Assembly (NCBI GenBank): GCA_964539395.1
Contig: CAZIIU010000008.1
Location: 2,455 to 66,454, forward strand
Reading direction: 5' to 3'
From: an uncultured Bacteroidaceae bacterium
Lineage (GTDB): Bacteria; Bacteroidota; Bacteroidia; Bacteroidales; GCA-2748055
DNA length: 64,000 bases
The position numbers were made by a program, and so were the translations under genes. Position 1 is the stretch's first letter, and every line of letters starts with the position of its first letter. This document shows, in pieces, positions 1 to 11,000 of the stretch. The notes beneath the pieces were generated by a model that searched no databases, was not told the DNA's origin, and worked only from the letters and a program-made list of their open reading frames with translations.

Positions 1-1
1 T

Positions 2-823
2 TTTAAACTCGGATTGCGCTACATGGATAACTACCAGATGCTGACCGGGGCGGCAATCGTATCAACATTAATTCTCGGTACCACCATCCTCATCCAAAAA
101 AAAATATCCCTATTCCGAACTCTTTCAGCAAAGGACCTTCTTCGAACTGCTCTGCTGGGTTTACTGAATCCGGCATTTTATTACCTGGTACTCTTCCGTG
201 CCTATGAACTTTTACCCGGACAGATTGCCCAACCCCTTAATATGGTTTGGCCAATATTACTTGTCCTCCTTTCAATCCCCATGCTCAGACAGAAGATTGG
301 CTGGCTGAGAATCTTCTCAATGTTTATCAGTTTTAGCGGGGTAGTTCTGCTTTCATATCAGGGAGGAACGATTTTCAGTGAAAGTTCAAATATCAAAGGG
401 GTGCTTCTGGCACTATTATCCGCACTGCTCTGGTCATTTTACTGGATATTTAATATTAAAAGCAAACTGGATGATGTTTTCGGCTTGTTTCTCATTTTTG
501 TATTCTCCTCCTCCTATCTTCTGTTTGGAGGATTTTTCAGGGAAGTCGTGCTCCCCAGGGGGACTGAAGCATGGTCCGCAGCCATCTATATCGGATTTTT
601 TGAAATGGGATTCGCATTTGTGCTTTGGTTAAAGGCACTACAACTCTCAAAAACAACTGCCAGGATATCCAACATCATTTTTATCGCACCATTCCTTAAC
701 CTGATCTTTGTAAACCGCTTCCTTGGGGAATGCATCTATATTTCGACTATATTTGGTATTATCCTTGTCGTTACGGGTATCATTATTCAAAACATCATAA
801 AAGAAAAAGATGTCGCAAACTAA
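2..823 (+). CDS. EamA/DMT-family membrane transporter (N-terminus probably cut by window edge)
   Basis: The frame is open from nt 2 to the stop at 821-823. The protein is very hydrophobic and multi-TM with duplicated EamA-like halves. The ORF-track start at 14 is TTG and the first ATG is at 23. Confidence 0.7.
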   Translation, partial: FKLGLRYMDNYQMLTGAAIVSTLILGTTILIQKKISLFRTLSAKDLLRTALLGLLNPAFYYLVLFRAYELLPGQIAQPLNMVWPILLVLLSIPMLRQKIGWLRIFSMFISFSGVVLLSYQGGTIFSESSNIKGVLLALLSALLWSFYWIFNIKSKLDDVFGLFLIFVFSSSYLLFGGFFREVVLPRGTEAWSAAIYIGFFEMGFAFVLWLKALQLSKTTARISNIIFIAPFLNLIFVNRFLGECIYISTIFGIILVVTGIIIQNIIKEKDVAN

Positions 824-1364
824 AAGAATAATTCTAGGTATTGACCCGGGAACGAACATGATGGGATTCGGAGTGGTGAATGCAACCGGGAAAAAACCGG
901 GATATATAGATATGGGTGTCCTCGATATCAGAAAAGAGGGCGATCATTACCAAAAACTCAACGCAATTTTCAATACCACTCTCAGACTCATAGAGAATTA
1001 TGCGCCTGTTGAACTGGCCATAGAGGCCCCATTCTACGGGAAGAACGTTCAGTCAATGCTGAAACTTGGACGTGCACAGGGAGCGGCTATCTCCGCAGCT
1101 CTTTTTAGGAAACTCCCTGTATATGAATATGCGCCAAGGAAAATAAAACTCTCCATTACAGGTGTCGGACAGGCATCAAAAGAGCAGGTGGCAGCGATGC
1201 TTGAACGGATGTTCAACATCCCTGATATACCAGGCAACCTGGATGCTACAGACGGTCTTGCTGTGGCAGTGTGCCATTTCTACGAGGATTCTTCCACAAC
1301 AAAGAAAAAAGAATCAAAAGGTTGGGATGATTTTATACGAAATAATCCCGACAGGGTGAAATAA
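810..1364 (+). CDS. ruvC: Holliday junction resolvase RuvC
   Basis: ILGIDPGTNMMGFGVV at the N-terminus and EAPFYGKNVQSMLKLGRAQG match the RuvC family. It overlaps the upstream gene by 14 nt. Confidence 0.92.
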   Translation: MSQTKRIILGIDPGTNMMGFGVVNATGKKPGYIDMGVLDIRKEGDHYQKLNAIFNTTLRLIENYAPVELAIEAPFYGKNVQSMLKLGRAQGAAISAALFRKLPVYEYAPRKIKLSITGVGQASKEQVAAMLERMFNIPDIPGNLDATDGLAVAVCHFYEDSSTTKKKESKGWDDFIRNNPDRVK

Positions 1365-1408
1365 CCGGATCCTCAAGAATAATTCACAGGTTTTGCCAAA
1401 TTCAGAGT

Positions 1409-1438
1409 ATCCTGACTCTTACAGAAATGAGTCAGGAT
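1409..1438. terminator. Hairpin between convergent ruvC and HIT genes
   Basis: Perfect 10-bp inverted repeat atcctgactc / gagtcaggat with a 10-nt loop. The right arm overlaps the HIT stop codon. There is no clear U-tract. Confidence 0.35.
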
Positions 1439-1830
1439 GCTATTGCCGCAGAAATCTTTTCAGCAATCTCCTTAAATTCTCCCTCAGACAACTTTAGTTT
1501 AGGCTTGCTGAATTCAATGTCGTATAAATCATTGATCGGACAAAGATGTATATGAGCATGAGGAACCTCTAGTCCGAGTACTGCAATTCCAACCCGTTTG
1601 CAATCCATCGTTTGATCGATGGCCAGAGCCACTCTCCTGGAAAATATCATCATATCGCCCAGAAGATCTTCATCCAGGTCAAAAATATAATCGATCTCAA
1701 CTTTGGGAACAACGAGTGTATGCCCCTTAGCCAGCGGATTGATATCGAGGAATGCAATAAACCTCTCATCCTCGGCGATCTTGTAGCAGGGAATTTCACC
1801 CCTGATAATCCTTGTAAAAACTGAGGCCAT
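1432..1830 (-). CDS. HIT-family (histidine triad) nucleotide hydrolase
   Basis: Histidine triad HAHIHLCP, plus the GEIPCYKIAEDERFIAFLDINP and AKGHTLVVPK blocks typical of HinT-like proteins. Confidence 0.9.
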   Translation of the reverse strand: MASVFTRIIRGEIPCYKIAEDERFIAFLDINPLAKGHTLVVPKVEIDYIFDLDEDLLGDMMIFSRRVALAIDQTMDCKRVGIAVLGLEVPHAHIHLCPINDLYDIEFSKPKLKLSEGEFKEIAEKISAAIAS

Positions 1831-1842
1831 AATTATCTTATC

Positions 1843-2316
1843 TTAAATGGATATTTCGATGATTTCGAATGACATATTACCGGAAGGTACAGCAATATCT
1901 GCAACTTCTCCAACCTTCTTACCGAGCAATCCGCGTGCGATAGGCGTTTCAACGGAGATACGGCCGGCCTTAATGTCAGATTCGCTCTCAGAAACGATGG
2001 TGTATTCAACAAACTTGTTGGTTTTACAATTCTTGAGCTTTACCCTGTTCATGATCTGTACCTTGTTCGTATCGATCTTTGATGAATCAATGATCCTTGC
2101 GTTGGCAACCAGATCCTCCAATCTTGCTATTTTCATCTCAAGCATCCCCTGTGCCTCTTTCGCAGCATCATATTCTGCGTTTTCCGACAGGTCACCTTTA
2201 TCCCTGGCTTCCGCAATTTGCTGTGAAATTGCAGGACGTTCTACCCTGGTTAAATACTCCAGTTCCTTTTGTAATTTCGCCAGTCCCTTCTCGGTCATAT
2301 ATGACACTTTTGACAT
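1843..2316 (-). CDS. greA: Transcription elongation factor GreA
   Basis: 157 aa. The N-terminal coiled coil has DLSENAEYDAAKEAQ, and the C-terminal domain has SVETPIARGLLGKKVGE. Confidence 0.93.
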   Translation of the reverse strand: MSKVSYMTEKGLAKLQKELEYLTRVERPAISQQIAEARDKGDLSENAEYDAAKEAQGMLEMKIARLEDLVANARIIDSSKIDTNKVQIMNRVKLKNCKTNKFVEYTIVSESESDIKAGRISVETPIARGLLGKKVGEVADIAVPSGNMSFEIIEISI

Positions 2317-2404
2317 AGCCGATACTGTTTAGTTATTGATATTAAAAAACAAAGAAGAATCCCGCTTCGTACGGAACTCTTCAACGATGCAAAGATAAAA
2401 AAAT

Positions 2405-2929
2405 TTAATACTCTTTCCTATTAATTATAGCTGAATAAATTACGGCTGTACCAAGATCAAAATCTTCCACCACCTGAAAGTAATCCGGATAAGAGATGTC
2501 TTCTACTTCTATCACCTCAATCTCATCATCCGAGGTTGATCTCTCTGCCTCTGCAATAATTGAATCCAGGCCGGCTTCCTTTCCCGGATCATACACGCCC
2601 TCAAATTGATTGTAGGAACTTCCTTTGCTGTCGAAATCACTTTCTTCAGCTGTCCAATCATAGGAGCCCTCCTCCTGGTAAATTCGATTCTCGTCACGTT
2701 GCCCGGTTTCGGCCACTCCTTCTTCTACCGGTTCCTGCACATTGTAATCCTTCTCTTCAACCATCCCTTCAATCTGCTCTTCAAGCTTACTGAAAAAACT
2801 GAAAGGACCGCTGTCCTCTCCGGACGCCGGTTGTCCGTCAGCAGGCTTCTTCTTCTGACCAAGAACACCAGCCACAATCGCAATGATTGTAATCAGTATA
2901 TAGAAAAGTGTTCCGATGTCAAATTCCAT
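2405..2929 (-). CDS. Hypothetical N-terminally membrane-anchored acidic protein
   Basis: One N-terminal TM helix (LFYILITIIAIVAGVLG) followed by a long Asp/Glu-rich region. I recognise no family. Confidence 0.5.
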   Translation of the reverse strand: MEFDIGTLFYILITIIAIVAGVLGQKKKPADGQPASGEDSGPFSFFSKLEEQIEGMVEEKDYNVQEPVEEGVAETGQRDENRIYQEEGSYDWTAEESDFDSKGSSYNQFEGVYDPGKEAGLDSIIAEAERSTSDDEIEVIEVEDISYPDYFQVVEDFDLGTAVIYSAIINRKEY

Positions 2930-3010
2930 TTCTCCGGACCTTTAGATACAATTTAATTGATTATGCAGAGTTAAAAATACAAAAAATAATTGACAACAAA
3001 ACTGGTTTCG

Positions 3011-3018
3011 TATCTTTG
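3011..3018 (+). promoter_or_regulatory. Bacteroidota-type -7 promoter element (TATCTTTG)
   Basis: Matches the TAnnTTTG consensus 12 nt upstream of the ATG at 3031. Confidence 0.4.
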
Positions 3019-3030
3019 TCGAATCGTTCA

Positions 3031-3456
3031 ATGAGAAAGATCTTTAAAATATGGCTCCTGGTGATCCCAATGGCATTGATGTCCGTTAAATGCGACACCG
3101 GTGGGTACAGGATTCCTTATGTCGAAATTGAACTCTATCTTAATATTGTTTCTGAACTCGGCAATCCTATACCGGATTCCTACACACTCATCAACGGAGG
3201 TGTTAATGGGCTCATCGTCTACCTTGGAAACGATGATTTGTTTCATGTTTATGATCGAACATGTACCCTTTACCCGGCACATGATGTAGCTGTTGTTCCC
3301 GATTCAAACTTTGTCGGAATATTCACATGTCCCGAATGCAAATCGAAATATATTATCTCTTCAGGAGCAGAGCCTTACGAAGGACCTGCAACTTATCCCC
3401 TGCACGAATACCACAGCCAGGTAATTGGTGAACACATTTTAAAGGTAATTAACTAA
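3031..3456 (+). CDS. Small secreted/lipoprotein with degenerate Rieske-like fold (hypothetical)
   Basis: I moved the start to the internal ATG at 3031, giving a signal peptide ending in Cys (LMSVKCD). The blocks YDRTCTLYPAH, CPECKSKY and GPATYPLHEY resemble Rieske-domain motifs but lack the His ligands. Confidence 0.5.
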   Translation: MRKIFKIWLLVIPMALMSVKCDTGGYRIPYVEIELYLNIVSELGNPIPDSYTLINGGVNGLIVYLGNDDLFHVYDRTCTLYPAHDVAVVPDSNFVGIFTCPECKSKYIISSGAEPYEGPATYPLHEYHSQVIGEHILKVIN

Positions 3457-3504
3457 CTGTTTCCTGGTTTCAAAATAACTGCCCAATTGCCCATTTGCTT
3501 CACA

Positions 3505-4926
3505 TCAATACCGGTAATGATCCGATTTATAAGGTCCTTCTATGGGTACCCCCAGGTATTCGGCCTGTTCGTCGGTCAGCCTGGTTAGCTTCACACCAAG
3601 CTGTTCAAGATGCAGCCTTGCCACCTCCTCGTCCAGCTTCTTCGGAAGCATATATACACCAACCTCATAATCGCTCTTCCAGAGATCCAGCTGTGCAAGT
3701 ACCTGGTTGGAGAAAGAATTGCTCATCACAAACGATGGATGACCAGTGGCACATCCAAGGTTAACAAGCCTGCCCTCAGCCAGGAGAAAGATAGCGTGCC
3801 CATCATCAAAAATATACTTATCAAGCTGTGGTTTAATATTAACCCGTTGTACTCCTGCCATCTCATTCAGTTTGTCTACCTGAATCTCATTATCGAAATG
3901 TCCTATATTACATACGATCGCCTGATCTTTCATCTTCGACATATGTTCAACGGTAATAATATCTTTATTGCCTGTAGTTGTAACAAATACATTTCCTTCC
4001 GATAGTGCCTCCTCCAGGGTGGTGACCTGGTACCCCTCCATGGCAGCCTGCAACGCACAGATCGGATCGATCTCCGTTACAATTACACGGGCCCCATACG
4101 ATTTCATGGAATGGGCACATCCTTTACCAACATCCCCGTAACCTGCAACAACAACGACTTTTCCAGCAATCATCACGTCAGTTGCCCGTTTAATTCCATC
4201 TGCAAGTGACTCACGGCAACCGTAGAGATTGTCGAATTTTGATTTCGTAACAGAATCATTCACGTTTATAGCGGGAAAAAGTAACTTTCCCCTTTCCAGC
4301 ATTTGGTAGAGCCTGTGAACACCGGTGGTTGTCTCCTCTGAAACACCTTTCATTCCGGCAGCTGTCCTGTGCCATTTTTCAGGATCTTCCTGCAATATTC
4401 TTTTCAAAGTGGTAAGAACCACCTCCTCTTCCCTGCTGCCTGCCTTCGTATGAAGTAGTGAAGCGTCATTTTCGGCTGCATACCCTTTATGTACCAAAAG
4501 GGTTGCATCTCCCCCATCATCCACGATCAGATTCGGACCTTTTCCACCCGGAAAGGTCAGAGCCTGGGCAGTGCACCACCAATACTCCTCAAGTGTCTCA
4601 CCCTTCCAGGCAAATACAGGAATACCAGCAGCAGCAATTGCTGCTGCAGCATGATCCTGGGTGGAAAAGATGTTGCAGCTGGCCCATCTTACATCTGCAC
4701 CGAGAGCGACAAGTGTCTCGATCAACACAGCTGTTTGAATGGTCATATGCAATGAACCCATAACCCTGGCTCCCTCCAGGGGTTTCTCCTCTGCATATTT
4801 CTCCCGGATTGCCATCAATCCGGGCATCTCCCTTTCTGCAATTTCAATCTCCTTTCTGCCAAAACCAGCCAGCTCAATATCTGCAACCTTATAGGGCAAA
4901 GACTCAATGTAAGTTAATGTATCCAT
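3505..4926 (-). CDS. ahcY: Adenosylhomocysteinase (S-adenosyl-L-homocysteine hydrolase)
   Basis: 473 aa with [41 protein letters not shown], the NAD site GYGDVGKG and GHFDNEI. Confidence 0.96.
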   Translation of the reverse strand: MDTLTYIESLPYKVADIELAGFGRKEIEIAEREMPGLMAIREKYAEEKPLEGARVMGSLHMTIQTAVLIETLVALGADVRWASCNIFSTQDHAAAAIAAAGIPVFAWKGETLEEYWWCTAQALTFPGGKGPNLIVDDGGDATLLVHKGYAAENDASLLHTKAGSREEEVVLTTLKRILQEDPEKWHRTAAGMKGVSEETTTGVHRLYQMLERGKLLFPAINVNDSVTKSKFDNLYGCRESLADGIKRATDVMIAGKVVVVAGYGDVGKGCAHSMKSYGARVIVTEIDPICALQAAMEGYQVTTLEEALSEGNVFVTTTGNKDIITVEHMSKMKDQAIVCNIGHFDNEIQVDKLNEMAGVQRVNIKPQLDKYIFDDGHAIFLLAEGRLVNLGCATGHPSFVMSNSFSNQVLAQLDLWKSDYEVGVYMLPKKLDEEVARLHLEQLGVKLTRLTDEQAEYLGVPIEGPYKSDHYRY

Positions 4927-4957
4927 AAAATATAATTAATTATCGCTGCAAAATTAG

Positions 4958-5914
4958 TTAATTCCCCGATAAAATCCTTCTGATCAGTAACTCATCCTGC
5001 TGCAGCTGCATTTTAAGTGCATTCAGATTTGGAAATTTAATCTCATTCCGGATCCTTTTCCTGAAATGTATAACAACTTCCATGTCATAAAGATCAATAT
5101 CTACATCAAAAAGATGGGCTTCGATGATCTTAACCGGATTGGAACTGTCGAGTGTGGGTCTGATCCCAATGTTCAGCATCGCCGGATATAGAACTTTATC
5201 ATATTCAACATGCACAGCATAAACACCGTCTTTTGGGATTAGTTTATAGGCCGACTGTGGATTAATGTTCGCTGTCGGAAAGCCAATACTTCTTCCAAGT
5301 TGGTTTCCCATCACAACTGTTCCTTCAAGGTAATAATCATAATCAAGCATATACCTGGCAATTTCCAGGTCACCTTCCAGGAGTGCTTCCCTCACCGAGG
5401 TTGAACTTATATTAGACTCCGATAATCTGTATTCATCCAGCTTCTCAACGATCAGTCCCGATTTCTTTGCGCATGCAGCGAGACCACGTGGATTTCCCTT
5501 CCTGTCTTTTCCGAAGGTGTTATCATACCCAAGGATCAATCGCGTCACTTTAAGTCTTTTTACAAGATAGCTGTCGACAAAATCACAAGCAGTCATCGAA
5601 GCTAACTTCTTATCAAAGGGTATCACAATATAGTAATCCAATCCCAGTTTACTTAAATGATGAATCTTCTCCTCCTGAGAATGGATCAACCGAAAATTCA
5701 AAAGATCCTTATCCAGCACTATACGCGGATGGGGCCAAAGTGTGATCACAACTGAACTCCCGCCTGTATCCCTGGCTTTCGATATCAACGTCTGTAAAAT
5801 ATACTTATGGCCCTTGTGAACACCATCAAAAATACCGATTGTTGCAACAGGTTGATGGATAGACGGAGTGTCGTTGATATTATAGACCTTCATACCTTTT
5901 CTGAATTGAGGCAC
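4958..5914 (-). CDS. ribF: Bifunctional riboflavin kinase / FMN adenylyltransferase
   Basis: IGIFDGVHKGHKYIL in the N-terminal adenylyltransferase domain. The C-terminal kinase domain has LGFPTANI-like GRSIGFPTANI and IEAHLFDVDIDLY. Confidence 0.93.
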   Translation of the reverse strand: MPQFRKGMKVYNINDTPSIHQPVATIGIFDGVHKGHKYILQTLISKARDTGGSSVVITLWPHPRIVLDKDLLNFRLIHSQEEKIHHLSKLGLDYYIVIPFDKKLASMTACDFVDSYLVKRLKVTRLILGYDNTFGKDRKGNPRGLAACAKKSGLIVEKLDEYRLSESNISSTSVREALLEGDLEIARYMLDYDYYLEGTVVMGNQLGRSIGFPTANINPQSAYKLIPKDGVYAVHVEYDKVLYPAMLNIGIRPTLDSSNPVKIIEAHLFDVDIDLYDMEVVIHFRKRIRNEIKFPNLNALKMQLQQDELLIRRILSGN

Positions 5915-6025
5915 AAATTTAACAATTTTACCCGGCCCGAATTGAATAATTTCATTCCGTTTGTGATAATCTGTAAAACAAAGAATATTTCGTATCTTGA
6001 AAAAAATGCAGTTAATCCAATATCT

Positions 6026-8029
6026 ATGAAAATTGTCGATAATGATCCATGGCTAAAACCCTATGAAGCAATAATTGAAAAAAGGTACGGGTTAGTAAAG
6101 AGCAAAGCTGCAGAACTAACCAGAGAGCTAAAGGATCTGAAAGCTTTCTCCACGGGCCATCTCTACTTTGGCTTGCAAAAAGAGGGAAATGACTGGGTCT
6201 CCAGGGAATGGATGCCAAATGCAACAGCTGTTTATCTAATTGGTGACTTTAACAATTGGCAACAGGAGGATATTTATGCATTTAATCACACCGGCAACGG
6301 AAATTGGGAATTAAGGGTTCCTCTTGACAAAATCGGGCATTTGGATCAATACAAATTAAAGGTGTACTGGAGAACTGGTTCCGGTGACCGTATCCCGGCA
6401 TGGGCGAAAAGAACCATTCAGGATCCTGAGACATCAATATATAATGCGCAGGTATGGTCACCTGTGAAACCCTACCAGTGGAAGAACAAGGTTCCTGATA
6501 TGACCGGTTTTCAGCCAATTATTTACGAGGCTCACATAGGCATGGCAACCGAGGAATACAGGGTAGGTACTTTTACTGAGTTCCGGAATAAAGTGCTGCC
6601 ACGTGTAATAGAGGGTGGTTATAATACACTCCAGCTGATGGCCATCCAGGAGCATCCCTACTACGGGTCTTTTGGCTACCATGTCTCCAGCCTGTTCGCG
6701 GTCAGTTCACGCTTTGGCACACCAGACGAACTGAAAGAGCTAATTGACGAGGCACATGGTCAGGGTATCGCTGTAATCATGGACATCATTCATTCCCATG
6801 CCGTGAAGAATGAACTGGAAGGACTGGGACTGTATGCAGGGGATCCGGGACAATTTTTTCATACAGGCAGCAGAAGGGAACATACGGCATGGGACTCTCT
6901 TTGCTACGATTACGGCAAAAATGAGGTAATGCACCTTCTTCTGTCAAACATTCACTTTTGGCTGGAAGAGTACCGTTTTGATGGTTTCAGATTTGATGGA
7001 GTAACAAGTATGCTCTTTTATGACCATGGCCTCGGTTCTGATTTCTCCTCTTATGATATGTATTTCGATGGAAGACAGGATGAAGATGCGATCGTCTATC
7101 TCTCCCTGGCAAATATGGTTGCCCTTGAAGTGAGGCCAGGTGCGCTCTCCATTGCTGAAGATGTAAGCGGATACCCGGGGATCGCCACACCCGTTGATGC
7201 AGGTGGTATGGGATTCACGCACCGGCTGGCTATGGGAGTTCCCGATTTCTGGATTAAAACCATCAAAGAGAAACGTGACGAAGAATGGAGCATGGGAGCC
7301 CTTTACCATGAGCTGACCTCAAAAAGAAGCGATGAGCAGGTGATATCCTATGCAGAATCTCATGATCAGGCCCTGGTTGGAGATAAAACAATCATATTCA
7401 GGCTGATCGATAAAGAGATGTACTGGTTCATGAGCAAATCTACTCCCCACCTGGTAGTTGACAGGGGAATTGCACTGCACAAGATGATCCGGCTCCTGAC
7501 CCTGGCAACTGCAGGGGGCGGATACCTCAATTTTATGGGCAATGAATTCGGACATCCGGAGTGGATCGATTTCCCACGCGAGGGGAACGGTTGGTCATAC
7601 AAGTACGCCAGACGCCAATGGTCACTGGCTGAAAACAGGGACCTGAAATACCATTATCTCGACGATTTTGATAAAGCAGCTATATCCCTTGTCAGAGACA
7701 GCGGTATACTCCGTTCAATATGTGAACCGGTGAAGATTGACGAGCACGACAATATCATTGCTTTCAGGAGAAAGGATCTTCTCTTTGTTTTTAATTTCCA
7801 CCCCGTTAACTCCTACACCGGGTATGGTCTCGCTATTGACCAGGGCAAATACCAGTGCCTGCTCTCTTCCGACGAAAACCGGTTTGGCGGGTACGACCGG
7901 ATTAACCTTAAAACTGAACACAGAACAACTGTAGAACGCTCATTTGGTCTTAAACAGCGGCTCGATCTCTATATTCCTGCCAGAACAGCACAGGTTTTGA
8001 AAAATAAACCGGTACCCCGCTTAAGATAA
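6026..8029 (+). CDS. glgB: 1,4-alpha-glucan branching enzyme (GH13)
   Basis: I moved the start to the ATG at 6026 because the longer ORF would overlap ribF. GH13 blocks present are DIIHSHA, GFRFDGVTSM, IAEDVSGYPG and YAESHDQALVGDKT. Confidence 0.9.
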   Translation: MKIVDNDPWLKPYEAIIEKRYGLVKSKAAELTRELKDLKAFSTGHLYFGLQKEGNDWVSREWMPNATAVYLIGDFNNWQQEDIYAFNHTGNGNWELRVPLDKIGHLDQYKLKVYWRTGSGDRIPAWAKRTIQDPETSIYNAQVWSPVKPYQWKNKVPDMTGFQPIIYEAHIGMATEEYRVGTFTEFRNKVLPRVIEGGYNTLQLMAIQEHPYYGSFGYHVSSLFAVSSRFGTPDELKELIDEAHGQGIAVIMDIIHSHAVKNELEGLGLYAGDPGQFFHTGSRREHTAWDSLCYDYGKNEVMHLLLSNIHFWLEEYRFDGFRFDGVTSMLFYDHGLGSDFSSYDMYFDGRQDEDAIVYLSLANMVALEVRPGALSIAEDVSGYPGIATPVDAGGMGFTHRLAMGVPDFWIKTIKEKRDEEWSMGALYHELTSKRSDEQVISYAESHDQALVGDKTIIFRLIDKEMYWFMSKSTPHLVVDRGIALHKMIRLLTLATAGGGYLNFMGNEFGHPEWIDFPREGNGWSYKYARRQWSLAENRDLKYHYLDDFDKAAISLVRDSGILRSICEPVKIDEHDNIIAFRRKDLLFVFNFHPVNSYTGYGLAIDQGKYQCLLSSDENRFGGYDRINLKTEHRTTVERSFGLKQRLDLYIPARTAQVLKNKPVPRLR

Positions 8030-8037
8030 GCTGGTTT

Positions 8038-11000
8038 TTATATCCATCTTATAAGTGGAAGATCCATGCGGTGGGGAAGTTCCTTCATTTTTGGGAAAAT
8101 CCGGAAACCTATATCAAACTGACCTGAGTAACGGGCATGCATAATGATCTCGTATTCCGCAATAGAATCTTTACACTTTTTGCATTTAAGCTCCTCAGCC
8201 TCAACTATTTTCTTTCGAAGGTCCTTCTCTGATCCTCCAACCATCACCATTTCCACACCGATATTATCGGGTGCTATACCGTTCAGGTCCAACTTAATGG
8301 TCCCGGAAAACTCCTGTCCGACCTTCAGATCGGCATTACCACTTGCTGCCTCCGGAATATCCATTTCAAGCACCTTGATTTCCTTCCACTGGTCAATAAT
8401 CTGCTTCTTATAATAAGATATTTCCCTGGTCAGGCGATAATCATTTTGTTTCAGCTTGCCGGACCGTTCATGCAATTTCCTGTAAAAACGATCAATATAA
8501 TCGCGAAGCATCCTGTTCATGGTAAATTCCGGGGCAACACCTGCAATTGAATTCTTTATGATCCTGACCCAGTCGGATGGAACACCATCTTTGTTCCGTC
8601 TGTAGAACTTTGGTGCAATGTCATTTTCCAACAGCGAATATATCATCTCAGCATCCAGTTCATTTTGCTGGTCCTGGTTTTCAAAAGATCGCTCCAGGGG
8701 CAATGCCCATCCGGCATCTTCCCTGTATCCCTCTGCCCACCAACCATCAAGAACACTAAAGTGAAGCCCGCCATTCATTACGGCCTTTTCACCGCTCGTG
8801 CCCGATGCTTCGAGCGGCCGGGTGGGAGTATTAAGCCAGATATCCACACCATGAAGAAGTTTCTTGGCCAGAATGATATTATAATTCTGCAAAAAGATAA
8901 TTTTTCCGATAAACTCCGGCCGCTTCGATATCTCTACAATTTTCTTGATCAGTTCCTGTCCCGGTATGTCTTTTGGATGAGCCTTCCCTGCAAAGATGAA
9001 CTGGACAGGACGATCCGGATTATTCACGATCTCTGCCAGGCGGTCAAGATCAGTAAAAATTAATTGCGCCCGTTTGTAAGTTGCAAACCTCCTTGCAAAT
9101 CCAATGGTCAGCGACTTATCGTCAAGTGAATCAGCAATCTCAATTGTAAGTCTGGGGTTATCAATGTATTTTAATGAAGATGCTGTCAATCGCTGCTTTA
9201 TATAATGAATGAGCTCTGTCCGCTCCTGGTTGCGAATGCTCCAGATACGCTCATCAGCTACTTCATGAATCCTGCTCCAAAGACTTCGGTCCTCCTGTCG
9301 TTCCAGAAAATCGTTCCCAAACACCTCCAGGTAAAGTGATCTCCAGCGATCGGACAACCAGGTTGAAAGGTGCACCCCATTTGTAACGTGCCCGATATGA
9401 ATTTCATCCTCCATGTATCCCCTCCACATCCCGGCGAACATCTCCCTGCTAACCTGACCGTGTAGTTTACTTACACCATTAACCTCCTGGGAGAGATTCA
9501 CTGCCAGAACGCTCATCGAAAAATTCTCATATGGGTCGTCATGCTTAACCTTCCCAAGATTCATCAACCTGTTCCAGTCAATAGTAAGACGCTCAGGATA
9601 ATGGCTCATATAAGTCCTCATCATGTTCTCATCAAAGCTATCATGACCGGCGGGTACTGGTGTATGGGTGGTGAATAAACTGGTGGCCCTGACTATTTCA
9701 CGGGCCTCCGGATAGGTCATATTGTGCTCCTGAACATATTCTCTTAATCTCTCAAAACCGGTGAATGCTGCATGCCCTTCGTTCAGATGGTACAGATCGG
9801 GGTGAATCCCCAGCGTACGCAGCGCTCTTACACCGCCAATACCAAGAAGCAACTCCTGTTTAAACCTGTTTTCATGATCACCGCCATACAATTTATGTGT
9901 AACCTCCCTGTCAACCGCCTTGTTTGCATCAAAATCTGCATCAAGCAGATAGAGGGGAACCCTACCAACCTGAGCCTTCCATATCCTGAGATGGATGGCG
10001 CGGCCCGGCAATACAACCTGTATCGTTTTCCAATTTCCATGTATGTCCTTTACAGGTGTAACCGGAAGCTGAGAAAAATCCTGGAAATCGTCGTGTGCCA
10101 CCTGTGTTCCGCCGGCAGTAATCACCTGTTGAAAATAGCCATAGCGATAGAGGAGACCGATAGCAGTCATGTCATAGTTATAGTCACTTGCCTCCTTCAA
10201 ATAGTCGCCAGCCAGCAAACCAAGACCCCCTGAATATACCTTCAGAGAGTTATGTAATCCATATTCCATGCTGAAATAGGCAACTGAGGGCTCATTCTCT
10301 CTTTTTGGGGTGTTCATATACGCAGAATAGAGCGAATACACACGCTCCATCCTGGAAAGAAAATCCTCATTTTGCTCAAGCGCTTTCAGCCTCTCATAAG
10401 GGATTTTTTCAAGCATAACAGCAGCATTCTCCTCAACCATGTTCCAGATTTCCGGATCCATTGACTGAAAAAGCTCCACGGCCTCACAGTTCCATGACCA
10501 CCAAAGGTTCCTGGCAAGCTTTTCAAGAAATTTAAGTCTTTCCGGTATCTGCTGTTGAACCACTACCCTGCGCCACACCGGCAGTACATCGGTCAATAAT
10601 TTACTTGTTGAAGGAAGTTGTTCCACTCGTTCTTTCGTGTAATAATCATCTTCAATCTCAAATCCACCGGATCGTTCCAGGGCAAGGGAACAGGCTTCCC
10701 AATAGTGTATTATAAGTTTATTCCAAAGTGTAAGCTTACTGATTTCCCTGGCATTTTGTCTTGCATCCTCTATTTCACTATTCTTCATCCCACAATATTC
10801 CAGAATTATCTTGCCAATCTCTTCCGTTACCTGCACTTCATTGTTGTCGTCCCGGCTGATAATTCTGACACCATTAACAGACTCCTTCACCTGGTTGAGC
10901 ACCCACTGGCCAAAGCCGGTCAGCGACGTTGTTACAGTCGGGACCCTCAGTGCCATACTTTCCATTGGAGTATACCCCCATGGATCATAATATGAAGGAA

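Noticed and set aside
1847-2332. 161-aa plus-strand ORF
   Set aside because: It is entirely antisense to greA, which has clear family motifs, and its product is low-complexity and hydrophobic. It looks like a shadow ORF.
4927-4957. SAH riboswitch upstream of ahcY, and FMN riboswitch upstream of ribD (60070-60096)
   Set aside because: The upstream gaps are only 31 nt and 27 nt, which is too short for either aptamer. ahcY appears co-transcribed with ribF.
5807-6025. N-terminal 73 codons of the ORF-track glgB call
   Set aside because: This stretch would overlap the ribF 5' end on the opposite strand, and it shows no similarity to branching-enzyme N-termini. The internal ATG at 6026 gives a normal GlgB N-terminus.
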